64,000 nucleotides of DNA from contig JAWMAR010000024.1 of the NCBI GenBank assembly GCA_036785375.1, forward strand, positions 4,774,001 through 4,838,000, written 5' to 3'. This DNA is from Leucoraja ocellata. Its lineage: Eukaryota. Below, one piece after another: positions 13,606 to 25,023 of this stretch (within the stretch, counting starts at the first letter, position 1; the number at the start of each line of letters is the position of its first letter). The position numbers were made by a program, and so were the translations under genes. Below the pieces are notes generated by a model, which did not search any database, was not told the DNA's origin, and saw nothing but the letters and a program-made list of their open reading frames with translations.

Positions 13606-14865
13606 TGCCCCTGTCCCACTTAGGAAACCTGAACGGAAACCTCTGGAGACTTTGCGCCCCACCCAAAGTTTCCGTGCGGTTCCCGGAGGTTGCAGGTGGT
13701 TGCCAGAGGTTGCAGGTAGTGGAAGCTGGTAGGGAGACTGACAAAAACCTCCGGGAATATGCTTCTATTGGGTCTTCCCTTAACCTGCTACGCTCCAGAG
13801 AAAACAATCCAAGTTTGTCCAACCACACCTTACAGCTAATATCCATTTGGATGGGCACGTGAAAGAGCAGGGAATAGATGGATATGGACAAGTAGAGGCA
13901 GAGGAGATCAGTTGAACAGCATCATGTTCAGCACGAATATTGTGGGCTGATGGGCCTCTTCCTGTCCTGTACTATCCTGTGTACTATGTTTTATATTTAT
14001 TCCTTCTCAGCCATTTTTGCTTTTAGTCATAGTCATACAGCGTGAAAACAGGCCCTTCAGCCCAACTTCTCCACACTGACCAACATGTCCCATCTATACT
14101 AATCCCACCTGCCTACGTTTGGCCCATGTATCCCTCTAAACCTGTCCTATCCTTGTACCTGTATAATTGTTTTTTAAACATTGCAACAGTCCCTGCCTCA
14201 ACTACCTCACCTGGCAGCTTGTTCCATACACCCACCATCCTTTGCGTGAGAAAGTTACCCCTCAGGTCCCTATTAAATCTTTCTCCCTTATCTTAAATCA
14301 ATATCCTCTGATTCTCGATTCCCCTACTCTAGGCAAGAGACTCTGTGCGTCTACCCGATCTATTCCTCTTATGATTTTATACATCTGTTTACTTTAGTGT
14401 TTACTTGTTCAATGTTTACTATTTGTTTTACCAGCACTATTTGTTTTACACAGCACATCTTGTGGGAGAAGGAGAAGGGACAGGAAGACATTGGTTTGCA
14501 AGTCAAGGAATCTGCCTGATAGTAAATCATACCAACAATGCTAAATTAGTCTATCAGTCGTGCATTATCTTTATTCATCTGCTCCTTCTGGGAGTGAGCA
14601 GGTACAGACAAGGACTAAGGTTTTGTTTTTATATGAGTTAGGAAGTATGCAGGGAAAGTTGTAACCCAATGCTGTGATGTAAAGTAAGATTTGCGTGCTG
14701 GCTCCATGCAGGATTGGGTATTCAAGGATATGTATATTCTCAAGTCTGGGAAAAATTAACATTCCACTGCCAATTGCAGCAACAAAGGACTCACAGAGCA
14801 ACCTTGGTTCTGCTGAAATTATGAATGTAGATATCATGATTACAGCCAGCAAAGAAAATATCTGA

Positions 14866-15527
14866 GGTACACAAAAATGCTGGAGAAACTCAGCGGGTGC
14901 AGCAGCATCTATGGAGCGAAGGAAATAGGTGACGTTTCGGGCCGAAACCCTTCTTCAGACTGATAAGGGGTAGGGGGGGAGAAGGAAGGAAAAAGGGAGG
15001 AGGAGGAGCCCGAGGGCGGGGGGGATGGGAGGAGACAGCTCGAGGGTTAACGAAGGGGAGGAGACAGCAAGGGCTAGCAAAATTGGGAGAATTCAATGTT
15101 GATGCCCGCCGGACGCAGGCTACCCAGGCGGAATATGAGGTGCTGTTCCTCCAATTTCCGGTGTTGCTCACTCTGGCCATGGAGGAGACCCAGGACAGAG
15201 AAGTCGGATTGGGAATGGGAGGGGGAGTTGAAGTGCTGAGCCACTGGGAGTTCAGGTAGGTTCTTGCGGACTGAGCGGAGGTGTTCGGTGAAACGATCGC
15301 CCAACCTCCGCTTAGTCTCACCGATGTAGATCAGCTGACATCTAGAGCAGCGGATGCAGTAGATGAGGTTGGAGGAGATACAGGTGAACCTTTGTCGCAC
15401 CTGGAACGACTGCTTGGGTCCTTGAATGGAGTTGAGGAGGGAGGTAAAGGGACAGAGTTCCCAAGCAGTCATTCCAGGTGCGACAAAGGTTCACCTGTAT
15501 CTCCTCCAACCTCATCTACTGCATCCG
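14866..15527 (-). mobile_element. Penelope-like element 3' portion: GIY-YIG endonuclease, pLTR/3' end and a 5' inverted segment
   Basis: ORF 15074-15472 contains NLIYCIRCSRCQLIYIGETKRRLGDRFTEH...VAQHFN...LEEQHLIFRLGSLRPAGINIE. About 15460-15527 is an inverted copy of about 15348-15418. Confidence 0.9.
14931..14958 (-). ncRNA. Minimal hammerhead-ribozyme-like motif in Penelope pLTR
   Basis: Minus strand reads CTGAAGA-a-gggt ttcg gccc-GAAAC GTC: conserved core, stem II, palindromic ACGT stem III and GUC site. Stem I is only ~2 bp. Confidence 0.6.
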
Positions 15528-15925
15528 CTGATCATCCAACTCAGTATCCTGTACCTGCCGTCTCTCCATACCCCCTGATCCCTTTAGCCACAAGGGCCAC
15601 ATCTAACTCCCTCTTAAATATAGCCAATGAACTGGCCTCAACTACCTTCTGCGGGAGAGAATTCCAGAGATTCACCACTCTCTGTGTGAAAAAAGTTTTC
15701 CTCATCTCGGTCCTAAAAGATTTCCCCTTTATCCTTAAACTGTGACCCCTTGTCCTGGACTTCCCCAACATCGGGAACAATCTTCCTGCATCTATCCTGT
15801 CCAACCCCTTAAGAATTTTGTAAGTTTCTACAAGATCCCCCCTCAATCTTCTAAATTCTGGCGAGTACAAACCGAGTCTATCCAGTCTTTCTTCATATGA
15901 AAGTCCTGACATCCCAGGAATCAGT
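15528..15925 (-). mobile_element. CR1/HER1-like LINE ORF2 C-terminus, little decayed
   Basis: Open ORF GLSYEERLDRLGLYS...RRLRGDL...RTRGHSLRI...FFTQRVVNLWNSLP. Confidence 0.92.
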
Positions 15926-17011
15926 CTTCTCCTCCCAGAACCCTTTTTTGCTTAAGTCCACCCTCCGACACCACCAGTTTAAATTTGATTTGGAATATTT
16001 TGGAGGACCAAGAAGCAAGAAGCAAGAGCCAAAGGTTTTGATCAGAAACGTCACCTATTGCATTTCTCCAGAGATGCCATCTGACCCGCTGCGTTACTCC
16101 AGCACTTTGTGTTTATCTTGAGCACTACCCACAGTGATTATTCATTTGGTTTCTCGCTCCCCCTTAACGGTGCCTTTTGCTCTAATGAGGTTTGATTATT
16201 CGAGGCTATTTTCTGGCCTGTATCGACGGAAATACTTTTCGGAGTGAATAAATCATAAATCACAGGAGTGTCCGGAGGATGTCAGGCATGGCAATAATAC
16301 CTGAGGGAAGTGGCTGCACATTGTCTGAACTACACAACAATGCACATCCCGGACATTTCCCCCACCTCATTATATTCTCTCTCAGCAGAGAGAACAAAAC
16401 AAATAAAAGGCAATTAGTGCTGGATTCTGAGGGCGGCTCTCCGCTGTACAGTGTGTACCACTGGGAACTAAAGCAGAACCTGCATCTCTAAGAGGTGAGA
16501 GAACCGATGTTGGAACACACTGGGCTCCATTAATACAAAACCTCCGTCAAATAATATTTTTCATTTACCTGGCCTTAAATTGCATGTAGTAACCCGACTG
16601 GATCTGTTGTGCTTCAAGTATTTTATTGCCGCATCAACTCTTCATCGTAAAGATTAACAGCTGGTTTAGTGAACAATCAATAATTAATTTCCTTTTGCAG
16701 CTAGAACATCATAAAAACATTACGCTTCAAATGAACTCCTTCTAAATTCTCTTACCCTGTATTAATATGTGCCCAAATATTGAGCTGAGGAGATTAATCT
16801 GCTGTTGTTTTTCAAGCCATCACGAATATGTTTGACGATTGATGTAAGGAAATGAGTTGCTAATCTAATCTAGGTCCTCAATTCAATCCAAGACTATTCT
16901 AACTCTAGCCAAGGCACTAAAGAAAATCCCATCGTTTCCACTTCCAATTGGATTTGATGATAACTCAGTGGGAGAGCGTGTGAGTTTGGCACACACAGGG
17001 TTGGTGGGGAG

Positions 17012-17423
17012 CAAAGATCCTATAGCGGAGCAAGATAGACCACTCCTGCTAAATGCAATGTGCTGACGTGTAGTACGCAACGGAGCGGAACGTGGGCCTT
17101 TTTTCATCCATTTCAGTAACCCGACCCGACCCGACCCGACCCGACCCGACTCGCAGTGTAATCAACGTTGCGGGGGAACAGTTTGTGTTAATAAATTATA
17201 ATTCTGAAAAATTGATTTTTACCAAAGAACTTTTAATTTTACGAGGATGTTTCTGTAACCGGCTTCCGTCTCCGCACTAGTATCTTTGCTCCGCTATGGG
17301 ATCTTTGGTGCGGAGACGGAAGCCGGTTATGGAGATGGGGCCGAAAATTACCCATGACTCTGCCCATGACCGTACTATGTCTTTTTCGTCGAGTGATCTA
17401 TCTTGCTTGCTATAGGATCTTTG
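17012..17423. mobile_element. Non-autonomous DNA transposon, P-element-like termini
   Basis: TIR caaagatcctatagc/gctataggatctttg. 8-bp TSD gtggggag/gtgggtag. Internal (acccg)n tract. Confidence 0.8.
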
Positions 17424-17497
17424 GTGGGTAGATGACACTATTCAGGAATCTCCATTGAATGGTTAGCAGATGGCACATAATTGTGTCAGTAAGGATA

Positions 17498-18001
17498 GTG
17501 CAGGAAGGAACTGCAGATGCTGGTTTACACCGAAAATAGACACAAAATGTTGGAATAACTCAGCGGGACACGAGGCATCTCTGGAGAGAAGGAATGGGTG
17601 ACATTTCGGGTCGAGTCCCTTCTGCAGACTGAGAGGCAGGGGAGAGAGAGGGACAAAGAGATATGGAAGGGTAAAGTATGAAAACAAGAGATCAAAGGGG
17701 CCAATGGTCAAAGAAAATGTAGCATGGATCATTGTTAGCTGGGGGAAGTTGACACCGAGGCAAACAATCAGTGAAATTTAATCAGGAGGACAGTGGAACT
17801 AGTCAGAGAACTAGGATGGGGGAGGGATGGAGAGAGAGGGAAAGCAATGTTATTTCACACCTTACCCTCCAATATCTCTATATCTCCCACTCCCCGGACT
17901 CTCAGTCTGAGGAAGGGTCTTGACCTGAGGTGTCACCCGTTTCTTCTCTCCAGATGTGCTGCCTGTCCTGCAGTGTTACTCTAGCATTTTGTGTCTATCT
18001 T
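17498..18001. mobile_element. Longer fold-back Penelope-end insertion
   Basis: pLTR end in minus orientation at ~17500-17840, inverted copy at ~17850-18000. Confidence 0.65.
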
Positions 18002-18713
18002 TAGTGAAGACAGAGTTGTCCCGGGCAAGATGTGCACCAGGGGTACATCTCAAAAACATTGCAACGCCTCACAGAGTCCAAAGAGAAAAAAACAGGGAAC
18101 GCGCATCCCATCCACTCCCTCCTACACCATCTCACCCCGCAGCTAGGGATCAAGGCCTCATGCTCTGCCCTCTCTGTTTGTGCAGGATAGTGAATCAGTG
18201 GTAAGCGTTTAGAGGATCTGAGGAGTAACTTTGTAATACAGTAGTAGGTATCAGGAATGAGCTGCTACAGGAGGTGGTGAAGGCAGGAATAGTAACAACA
18301 ATTAAGGGATGAAAAGGTAATTGAATGGGGGCAGCACCTAGAGTGACATGGAAGTAGGATTAGTGGAGATGGGCATGGTGATTAGCATAGACGCAATGGG
18401 CCGAAGGGTCTGTTTATCTGCTGAGCCACGCAGTGATTCAAAGATTACCTTGCTGCTGAACCTCAAGACAAGTAAATTATTTCCTCCCCGGATGCTGCCA
18501 GACTTGCTGAGTTCCTCCAGCACTTTGAGTTTTGTTCAAGACATGGGAATGTGATTCCTTACACGAGAATCGCAATCCCCTTCCGTCAACTTGGGTAGTA
18601 ATTCCACACCTGCATCCGGGAGGTCTACTGTGAAACCTGAATCGCTCGATCCAAATGTTGTAGAATCTGGGAGACCACAGCGCTGCAGGAACCCACTCTA
18701 TTCCACCATCTTT

Positions 18714-19006
18714 AGTTTAGTTTAATTTAGAGGTACAGAGTGGAAACAGACCGGGTCCGTGCCGACCAGTGTTCCCCGCACAATATCCGAAACACACTGG
18801 GGATAATTTACAATTATGCAAAACCAATTGATCTGCAAACCTGTACACCGTTGGAGTGCGGGAGGAAACTGGAGATCCCGGAGAAAACCCACGCAGGTCA
18901 CGGAGAGAGCATACAAACTCTGTACAGGCAGCATCCGTAGTCAGGATTGAACCTGAGTCTCTGGCGCTGTAAAGCAGCAACTCAACTGCTGTGCTATTGT
19001 GCCACC
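18714..19006 (-). mobile_element. HE1-like SINE
   Basis: Same head, core and tail in reverse orientation. Confidence 0.85.
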
Positions 19007-20150
19007 TTTATTGAAGAGGAGAAAGCCGATTTTTGCTGATTTCTTTAGGTGCCTGATTGTGCTGCACATTAGCCATGGAAATGTGATCATGGCAGGAGCC
19101 TTCGCTGCTGGTTAGATTTTGTTTACAATCCATTCGAGGGGATAGGGTTTCAATCAATCCAGTCATTGATTAAAATTTAACAAGATTCCACAGTCAATGT
19201 TAATGCGAAAAGAAAAATAAGAAGCAAGACACAAAATGACATACCGTAGATCAGAGGTTTCTTTGATCTGAAGATAGATAGCTAGGTGACCTAATGAGGC
19301 TCATGTGTAAACAATTATCCAGTTAAACCTCAAAGTGATGAGTTTAATTTAGCACCGAGTATGTATTCTGGCAGTAATTGCATGCAGCCCAGAATAAGAT
19401 GATCTTCACTGTGGTGGGTGGTCTGACTTCAACACAATCCGCTCTTGTTACCATTTGCTCAAAGCCTAAACTCGCCGTGTCAATGAAGCACAAGAATTAA
19501 AACCTCAAGAGGTTGGCACTTTGGTGCAGCAGGTAGTGCTGCTGCCGCACAGCTCTAATGCCCCGTGTTGGTTCCTGACCTCTGGAGCTGGCTGCATGGA
19601 GTTTGCATGTTCTCTCTGTGACCGCGGGGATTGCCACTAGATCCCAAAGATGTGTGGATGAATAGGTTAATTGGCCCGTTTAGATTGCCCCTAGTGTGCA
19701 GGTGGGGGGAGGAGAACCAGTGAGTGTGCGTGTGTGAGAGAATGGATTACAGGGATAGACACAAAAAGCTGGAGTAACTCAGCGGGACACGCAGAGATTT
19801 GGAATGGGTGACGTTTCGGATCTACCCTTCTTCAGACCTGTCGAGACCCGAAACATCAACCATTCCTTCTCTCCAGAGATGCTGCCAGTCCTGCTGAGTT
19901 ACTCCACTAAGCCCAGGGTTGTTTGTTGGATGGTGATCATTGTATTTAAACAGACAATCGGCTGTCCCATTAGATGTCACTTTCCTGTAAAAACATTTCC
20001 TTGAGTCCTGGGGCAATGTGGAGATAAAGGAATTGGGAAAAGTATCTGTCCCACGGTTGCCCAGCAGACGTGGCGATCCTGGAATATTGGGATCAGATGT
20101 GTTTATTCGATCCTGGCCACTAAAATGAATTTGAACCTCCCATGTAGTTA

Positions 20151-20376
20151 TGCCCCTGTCCCACTTAGGAAACCTGAATGGAAACCTCTGGAGACTTTGC
20201 GCCCCACCCAAGGTTTCCGTGCAGTTCCCGGAGGTTTTTGTCAGTCTCCCTACCTGCTTCCACTACCTGCAACCTCCGGCAACCACCTGCAACTGCCGGG
20301 AAACGCTCGAAATCCTTGGGTGGGGCGCAAAGTCTCCAGAGGTTTCCGTTCAGGTTTCCTAAGTGAGACAGGGGCA
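20151..20376. mobile_element. PIF/Harbinger-like palindromic MITE
   Basis: Long TIRs beginning tgcccctgtcccactt. TTA TSD on both sides. Confidence 0.85.
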
Positions 20377-20824
20377 TTATATCCTCCCAGTGTGATCTTC
20401 TGGCAACCATTGGGAGTGAGCCAAAGCAAGCCCCGCTCACACCATGTTCAACCCACTGTTCAATAATCACCAGTCAAACCATGTCCTTGACCTAACCAAC
20501 TAAAAGTGTCCGGACCTGAACTACCACCTGTCTATCTCCCTCCCCAGATGCTGCCTGACCTGTTTAGTTCCTCACACTTTTGTCTTTTGCTCATGTCCAC
20601 ATAGGTCATTTCTTGTCCAATTTCACATTCTCTTTCCTTGATGCTTTTAAGTACTCAGTACCAATAACATGCTGCTAGGATGCTGTATGCACAATTAAAC
20701 TACTTTGAGTCATCTGATTCGGTTCAGTCAGCGAGCTATTAATCAGGTGGAATCAAAATGCCAATTAAGTTCCCAGAAGCAGCAGCAGCTTGGTTGCTCC
20801 AATCATGTTTGTCTTTCATTACGT

Positions 20825-21072
20825 GTACAAAGATGCTGGTTTAAATAGAAGATAGACACAAAATGCTGGAGTAACTCAGCGGAACAGGCAGCATCGCTGG
20901 AGAGAAGGAATGGGTGATGTTTCGGGTCGAGACCCTTCTTCAGACTGATGGACTGAAGAAGGGTCTCATCAGTCTGAGGAAGGGCCTCGAACCGAAACGT
21001 CACCCATTCCTTCTCTCCAGAGATGCTGCCTGTCCTGCTGAGTTACTCCAGCATTTTGCGTCTATCTTCAAA
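20825..21072. mobile_element. Fold-back Penelope-end insertion
   Basis: Inverted arms. Perfect 13-bp TSD tctttcattacgt at 20812-20824 and 21073-21085. Confidence 0.85.
20974..21001 (+). ncRNA. Minimal hammerhead-ribozyme-like motif
   Basis: CTGAGGA agggcctcgaacc GAAACGTC. A second copy lies on the minus strand at about 20915-20943. Confidence 0.5.
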
Positions 21073-21650
21073 TCTTTCATTACGTTGGTCTGTCGTTTTC
21101 AATGTATCTTTTTCGCCAACTCATCGGAGCAGTGAGGGTTTTCCAACAGCGAAAATGTCTTCCTAAACTGCTGGCTAACGTGACCTGCCATCTTCCAGCC
21201 CGCGAGACATCACGCGCTCCAGCATCAGCCCTGTCTAGTTAAACAAAACCCAGTTGCAAAGGTTTCTTAAAAGCTTTCTATTTATGTTTAAGTGCAGATG
21301 GCTCGATCTAAAATAAACAAATTTAGATTTTTACTTTTGAGTATGAACCTGTAATTAAGTTAGTCTGTAATTTAGGTACACATAACCTCCTGTGGGCTAA
21401 GTTTTTATGAAGTGAAATCTAAACATGCCATTGAGCTTTGAAGTTTGCCGTTTAACTCCTGAGTGATGGCAATGGAATTGTCAAGGATCCATAGTGACTT
21501 TTATATTTGCACGTAGGTTGTGGGAGATGATTGTTTCACTGCCCATCCCCCCTTCTTAATGCTCTGAATCTGGGGCCTATTTCCACACGGAGCCTCTTGC
21601 ATTTCTATAGCAGCGTTAATGAAATAAAACATTCCACGACTCTCCAAGAG

Positions 21651-21962
21651 TGGCGACACGGTGGCGCAGCGATAGAGTTGCTGCCTTACAGCGCCAGAGA
21701 CCCGGGTTGGATCCTGACCATGGGTGCTGTCTGTACAGAGTTTGTACGTGCTCCCCATGACCACGTGGGTTTTCCCCGGGTGCTCCCGTTTCCTCCCACA
21801 CTCTAAAGGCGTGCAGGTTTGTAGGATAATTTGGCTTTGGTAAAAATTGCAAATTGTCCCTAGTGTGTAGAATAGTGCTAGTTTACGGGGATCGCTGGTT
21901 GGCACTGACACGGTGGGCCGAAGGGCCTGTTTCCATGCTGTATCTCTAAACGAAACTAAACT
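21651..21962 (+). mobile_element. HE1-like SINE
   Basis: Full head, core and tail. Confidence 0.9.
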
Positions 21963-22523
21963 TCAGAGTCAGGGAAAATTTGATCTCAAATCACCTCCTG
22001 AGTTAACAGTTTAACAGGTACTTGTTCAAAGGATTTGGTGTTAAGAGAGAAAAGATTGGATATAGATGGGATTCCAGAGATTAGGGTTCCATGCAGTGGA
22101 TGGCAATTCTGCCATTGCTAGAGTGGATGCACCCTAGGGCAGAATCGGAGACTTGGAGAGTAGTCAGATAGCTGTGTAGGAATGAACTGCAGATGCTGGT
22201 TTACACCGAAGATAGACACAGCATGCTGGAGTAACTCAGCAGGTCAGGCAGCATCTTTGGAGAGAAGGAATAAATGACGTTTTGGGTCAAGACCCTTCTT
22301 CAGACTGCAAATCTTTTTCTTTTCACTGCCTTGTAGAATTTATATCTAATCAATAAATCCATGCACTGTGATTGGACTCCTTAATCACTCCCTCCCCCAG
22401 CATCTATCATTCAGATCACCATCATCTGGGCTATGCCCTCTGCTAGCTGTTATCATTAGGCCAGAAATACATAAGCCTGAAGTTTTTTGTTTGCACAGTC
22501 TTTTTTCTCTTCACTGCCTTTAA

Positions 22524-22842
22524 GGGTGGCAAGGAGGCGCAGCGGTTGCTGCCTTACAGCGCCAAAGACCCGGGTTCGAATCCGGCTACGCATGATGTCT
22601 GTACGGAGTTTGTACGTTCTCCCCGTGAGCGCGTCGGCTTTTCTCTGAGATTTGTTGGTTTCCTTCCACACTCTAAAGACGTACAGATTTGTAGGTTAAT
22701 TGGCTTGGTATAAATGTAAATTGTCCCTAGTGTGTGTAGGATAGTGGTAATGTGTGGGGATCGCTGGTCGGCGTGGACTCGGTGGGCCGAAGGGCCTGTT
22801 TCCGTTCTGTATCTCTAAAACTAAAACTAAAACTAAAACTAA
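22524..22842 (+). mobile_element. HE1-like SINE
   Basis: Full length, with (aaaact)n tail. Confidence 0.88.
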
Positions 22843-23973
22843 GCCTTGTATAATTTATATCTAATTAATGTAGAATTTATATATTTGTGTGTTGGCTGAG
22901 TCTATATGCCTCTGACTCTGCTGCAAGCAAGATTTTCATTATGAAGATAGACACAAAATGCTGGAGTATCTCAGCAGGTCATGCAGAATTTCTGGAGTAA
23001 AGGAATAGGTGACGTCTGGGAACCGTAAAGTCACCTATTCCTTTTATTCAGCGATGCTACCTGACCTGCTGAGTTACTCCAGCATTTTGAATCTATCTTT
23101 GGTATAACCAGCATCTGCAGTTCCTTTGTACACATAAATATGTCAATTGTCCTTGCACCTCACTGTATTTGGGCATGTGGTAATAAACTCGACTTGTCTT
23201 GGCATGACTTTCATTATTAGACAGAAATGATAATTTTATATTGCTTTTCCTTCAGGTTAGATTCCTCGTTATTTATTGTGAAATCTAACCATATCGTACA
23301 CTTTGCAGTTCATTATCGCACTAAACTGATCTTTGCAGATTCTGCTCCACAATCCAAATATTTACTAAACCAACCAACAATGGTGCAGGAGCTTTTTCTT
23401 TCAAATTGTTTCGTCGCCAAGCAGTTCACCGTTCAATGTTTCTCTGGAGTGCTTAGTTCTTTTCAGGTGGCACTTTGAAGATGATGTGTTAGAGGGAAAT
23501 TGAAAACGGTGGATGACAAAAATCCACTGCAATTTGACAAGTCCATTTTCCTATCAGGAACGTCTGGGTGTTCAGAATTGTATCAGATTGACCCCGAAAT
23601 CTTCACTGCAATCAGAAAGATCGGAAAATAGAATTACTGTTTGGAACAGGGTTACATGAGAAGCATTTGAAGTAATTTCATTCCCATTACAGAGGACATG
23701 GTTGGGGCTTTTATATTTTATGGCAAATGAAAATATTATCTCGGCAGAGAAGAAGTATGAACCTGAGATGCTTGCAGATATGTAGGCCGTGGTTGGACTA
23801 GAAATGCCAGTGAAAAGTCTATTGGGGTTTTGGATAATGAACTCTGGAAACATCTGAAAATAATCGAGGAACGCGCTGCCAGTGGAAGCAGATACGATAG
23901 TGGTGTTTAAGAGGCTTGCAGATGGGCATGTGGATATGCGGGGCAAGGAAGGACATAGAACAGAGGAGATTAG

Positions 23974-25023
23974 TAGCAATGTTACAAAATTTAAATTTAA
24001 ACGAGATTTAAAAAATCAAGTCTGCAATTTATCCCATCAGATAAAGCATAACAATAAGTTTAATTTGACACCTAATTCATTTTCATATCTCAAGTAATAA
24101 AAAAGTTATGGCCATTTTCATACCCGGAAATTAGCATCTTGTTCCCTATTGATTTTCTATGGACATAACAAAAAAGCTGTGATCGAGGACAGTCAAAAGC
24201 CCATAACCTTCTTAAAAATGAAGAGAACTGAATGAAATTTTCAGTTATCATAGATTGAACCATTCTGAAACAAATATAAAATAATCTTACTTGGAGGATC
24301 TGAAATTAAAGCATATAATTAGTTAGTTACCCAATTGTAGCTAATTTCAAACTTCAATTACTAGATCTAAACATCTATCCATTTCTTAATAAATGATTAA
24401 CATTTTTAAATAGCCTAAGTGTCCAAATAATATTCACAAATAATTCACAATAAAACATGATTTTTAAATCTCATTTACATCAATTTATAGGCCAAATGGA
24501 AGGAATTTGGTGTTCAATTGCTGTAAATTAAAGTCTATTTTAAATCGGCTTTCTAGTGGGATCCTGTGAACGCACTGGTTTAGAATGTTCACATTGCAGT
24601 GGATTTGTGCCCTCAAATGCCCAGAAAAATACTGCGGGATATAAAGAGCCCAAAATGAATAATTCGCTATAGAAAACTTTATATACAGGGTTCTTAAGAA
24701 GCCCCTTTTAATGTAAAAATAAGGTACATACCTTTAATTGTTTGCTTTATAAAACCCTGGGGCTGCAAGAGGTCGCGGGTTGAGAGAGTGGTTTTTAAAC
24801 TACTATAACTATTATACAAGGCCATAAAAACTAATAATACCTTTTGCGACAGGGTCTTTCAGCGATTTTCCGTTAATGATTTACTAGGCTGAACATTTTT
24901 GATTGCAACAGCCTAGTAAAAATCGCGTTTTAAACCCGCCCCCTCTAAACAGCGCCAAAATCACACACACGGCCTGGGGGCAGATTCTCATCGACGATTC
25001 GGGTAGGTTTTGTAACATACCTA
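23974..25023. mobile_element. Non-autonomous DNA transposon (~1.05 kb, AT-rich)
   Basis: Imperfect TIR tagcaatgttacaaaa/ttttgtaacataccta. Perfect 7-bp TSD agattag. Splits a LINE 3' tail. Confidence 0.8.

Noticed and set aside
13136-13891. 251-aa Pro/Ser-rich ORF
   Set aside because: It reads through a LINE fragment, a MITE and the complement of a G/A-rich low-complexity tract.
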